Position numbers and translations under genes: made by a program
Shown here: positions 63,573-64,000 of the stretch, one piece after another
How positions within the stretch are numbered: the first letter of the stretch is position 1
How the letters are laid out: each line of letters starts with the position of its first letter
Assembly (NCBI GenBank): GCA_964429805.1
Contig: CAYSDH010000001.1
Coordinates: 10,456 to 74,455 of the forward strand
Direction: 5' to 3'
Length of the DNA: 64,000 nt
Source of the DNA: an uncultured Flavobacteriales bacterium
Lineage (GTDB): Bacteria; Bacteroidota; Bacteroidia; Flavobacteriales_D; JABDKJ01
The notes under the pieces: model-generated
Told to the model about the DNA's origin: nothing
The model's database searches: none
Seen by the model: only the letters and a program-made list of their open reading frames with translations

Positions 63573-64000
63573 ATGGGAGCATATAGCTTAACACATTTAA
63601 AAGAGTTGGAGTCGGAGTCTATCTACGTGCTTCGAGAAGTTGCCGCTCAGTTTGAAAAACCTGTGATGCTTTTTTCAGGTGGAAAGGACTCTATCGTGAT
63701 GTTTCACCTGGCTAGAAAGGCCTTTTTTCCGGCCAAGGTTCCGTTCCCATTATTGCATGTAGACACGGGGCACAACTTCCCAGAAACCATCGAGTTTAGA
63801 GACTCTTTGATGGAAAAGACAGGAGCAAAACTCATCGTGGGATCTGTTCAGCAGTCTATTGACGAAGGAAAAGTAACCGAAGAAAAAGGATTTAACGCCA
63901 GTAGAAATGGACTCCAAACAGTGACACTGCTTGAGTCTCTTGAAAACGGCAAGTTTGATGCGGCCATGGGTGGAGCGCGCAGGGATGAAGAGAAGGCGAG
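63573..64000 (+). CDS. cysD: Sulfate adenylyltransferase subunit 2 (partial; runs off the window)
   Basis: My own translation from ATG 63573 gives MGAYSLTHLKELESESIYVLREVAAQFEKPVMLFSGGKDSIVMFHLARKAFFPAKVPFPLLHVDTGHNFPETIEFRD..., which carries the PAPS-reductase-fold SGGKDS motif. No stop before the window end. Confidence 0.9.
   Translation, partial: MGAYSLTHLKELESESIYVLREVAAQFEKPVMLFSGGKDSIVMFHLARKAFFPAKVPFPLLHVDTGHNFPETIEFRDSLMEKTGAKLIVGSVQQSIDEGKVTEEKGFNASRNGLQTVTLLESLENGKFDAAMGGARRDEEKA

Noticed and set aside
1-64000. Search by eye for CRISPR arrays, tRNA/rRNA genes, IS elements or transposases, integrases, reverse transcriptases, toxin-antitoxin pairs or known defence genes
   Set aside because: None was found. 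There are no regularly spaced direct repeats outside coding repeats, no T-loop-like GGTTCGAAT-type sequences, and no ORF with transposase, integrase or RT motifs. A proper scan (tRNAscan-SE, Infernal, ISfinder, DefenseFinder) would be needed to confirm this.

Overview
Densely coding 64-kb chromosomal segment that looks like a Bacteroidota (Flavobacteriia-like) genome. Evidence for that: three T9SS C-terminal sorting domains, SprB-type repeats, LytTR/propeller two-component genes, a Bacteroidota-type sdhCAB, and about 43-45% GC from hand counts of sampled lines. I support about 58 CDS. I saw no rRNA, tRNA, CRISPR array, transposase or integrase by eye.

Housekeeping blocks:
- glmS
- an IscA-like gene with sufB, sufC, sufD and sufS
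- thiL
- Xaa-Pro aminopeptidase
- sdhC-sdhA-[four-helix-bundle 'IVS' gene]-sdhB
- Smr-like / YbdL-like aminotransferase / omega-amidase
- comF / GAF (fRMsr-like)
- a cytochrome-oxidase accessory cluster (cyoE, two subunit-III genes, subunit IV, SCO, DUF420, small CxxC protein)
- gmd / fcl / WecA-like transferase flanked by two paralogous outer-membrane proteins
- cysQ, deoC with ALDH and a truncated ALDH-like gene, cysC, cysD (partial)

Accessory or unusual content:
1. A roughly 13-kb block (16.5-29.4 kb). It holds two LytTR response regulators, a propeller-type LytS-like kinase, an acidic tandem-repeat lipoprotein and a conserved helical protein. These are divergent from a translationally coupled pair of T9SS cargo genes. 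The first cargo gene encodes a giant M43-like metalloprotease whose signal peptide lies upstream of any canonical start codon, behind a structured leader.
2. A Cys-rich membrane protein / periplasmic HMA protein / TonB-dependent receptor trio (34.8-37.9 kb).
3. A GtrB/CsbB-like plus polytopic membrane protein glycosylation pair.
4. A 966-aa SprB-repeat T9SS type-B protein.

None of these is demonstrably a new system from sequence alone. The best candidates for follow-up are the LytTR/T9SS-protease module and the thiophilic-metal TonB trio.
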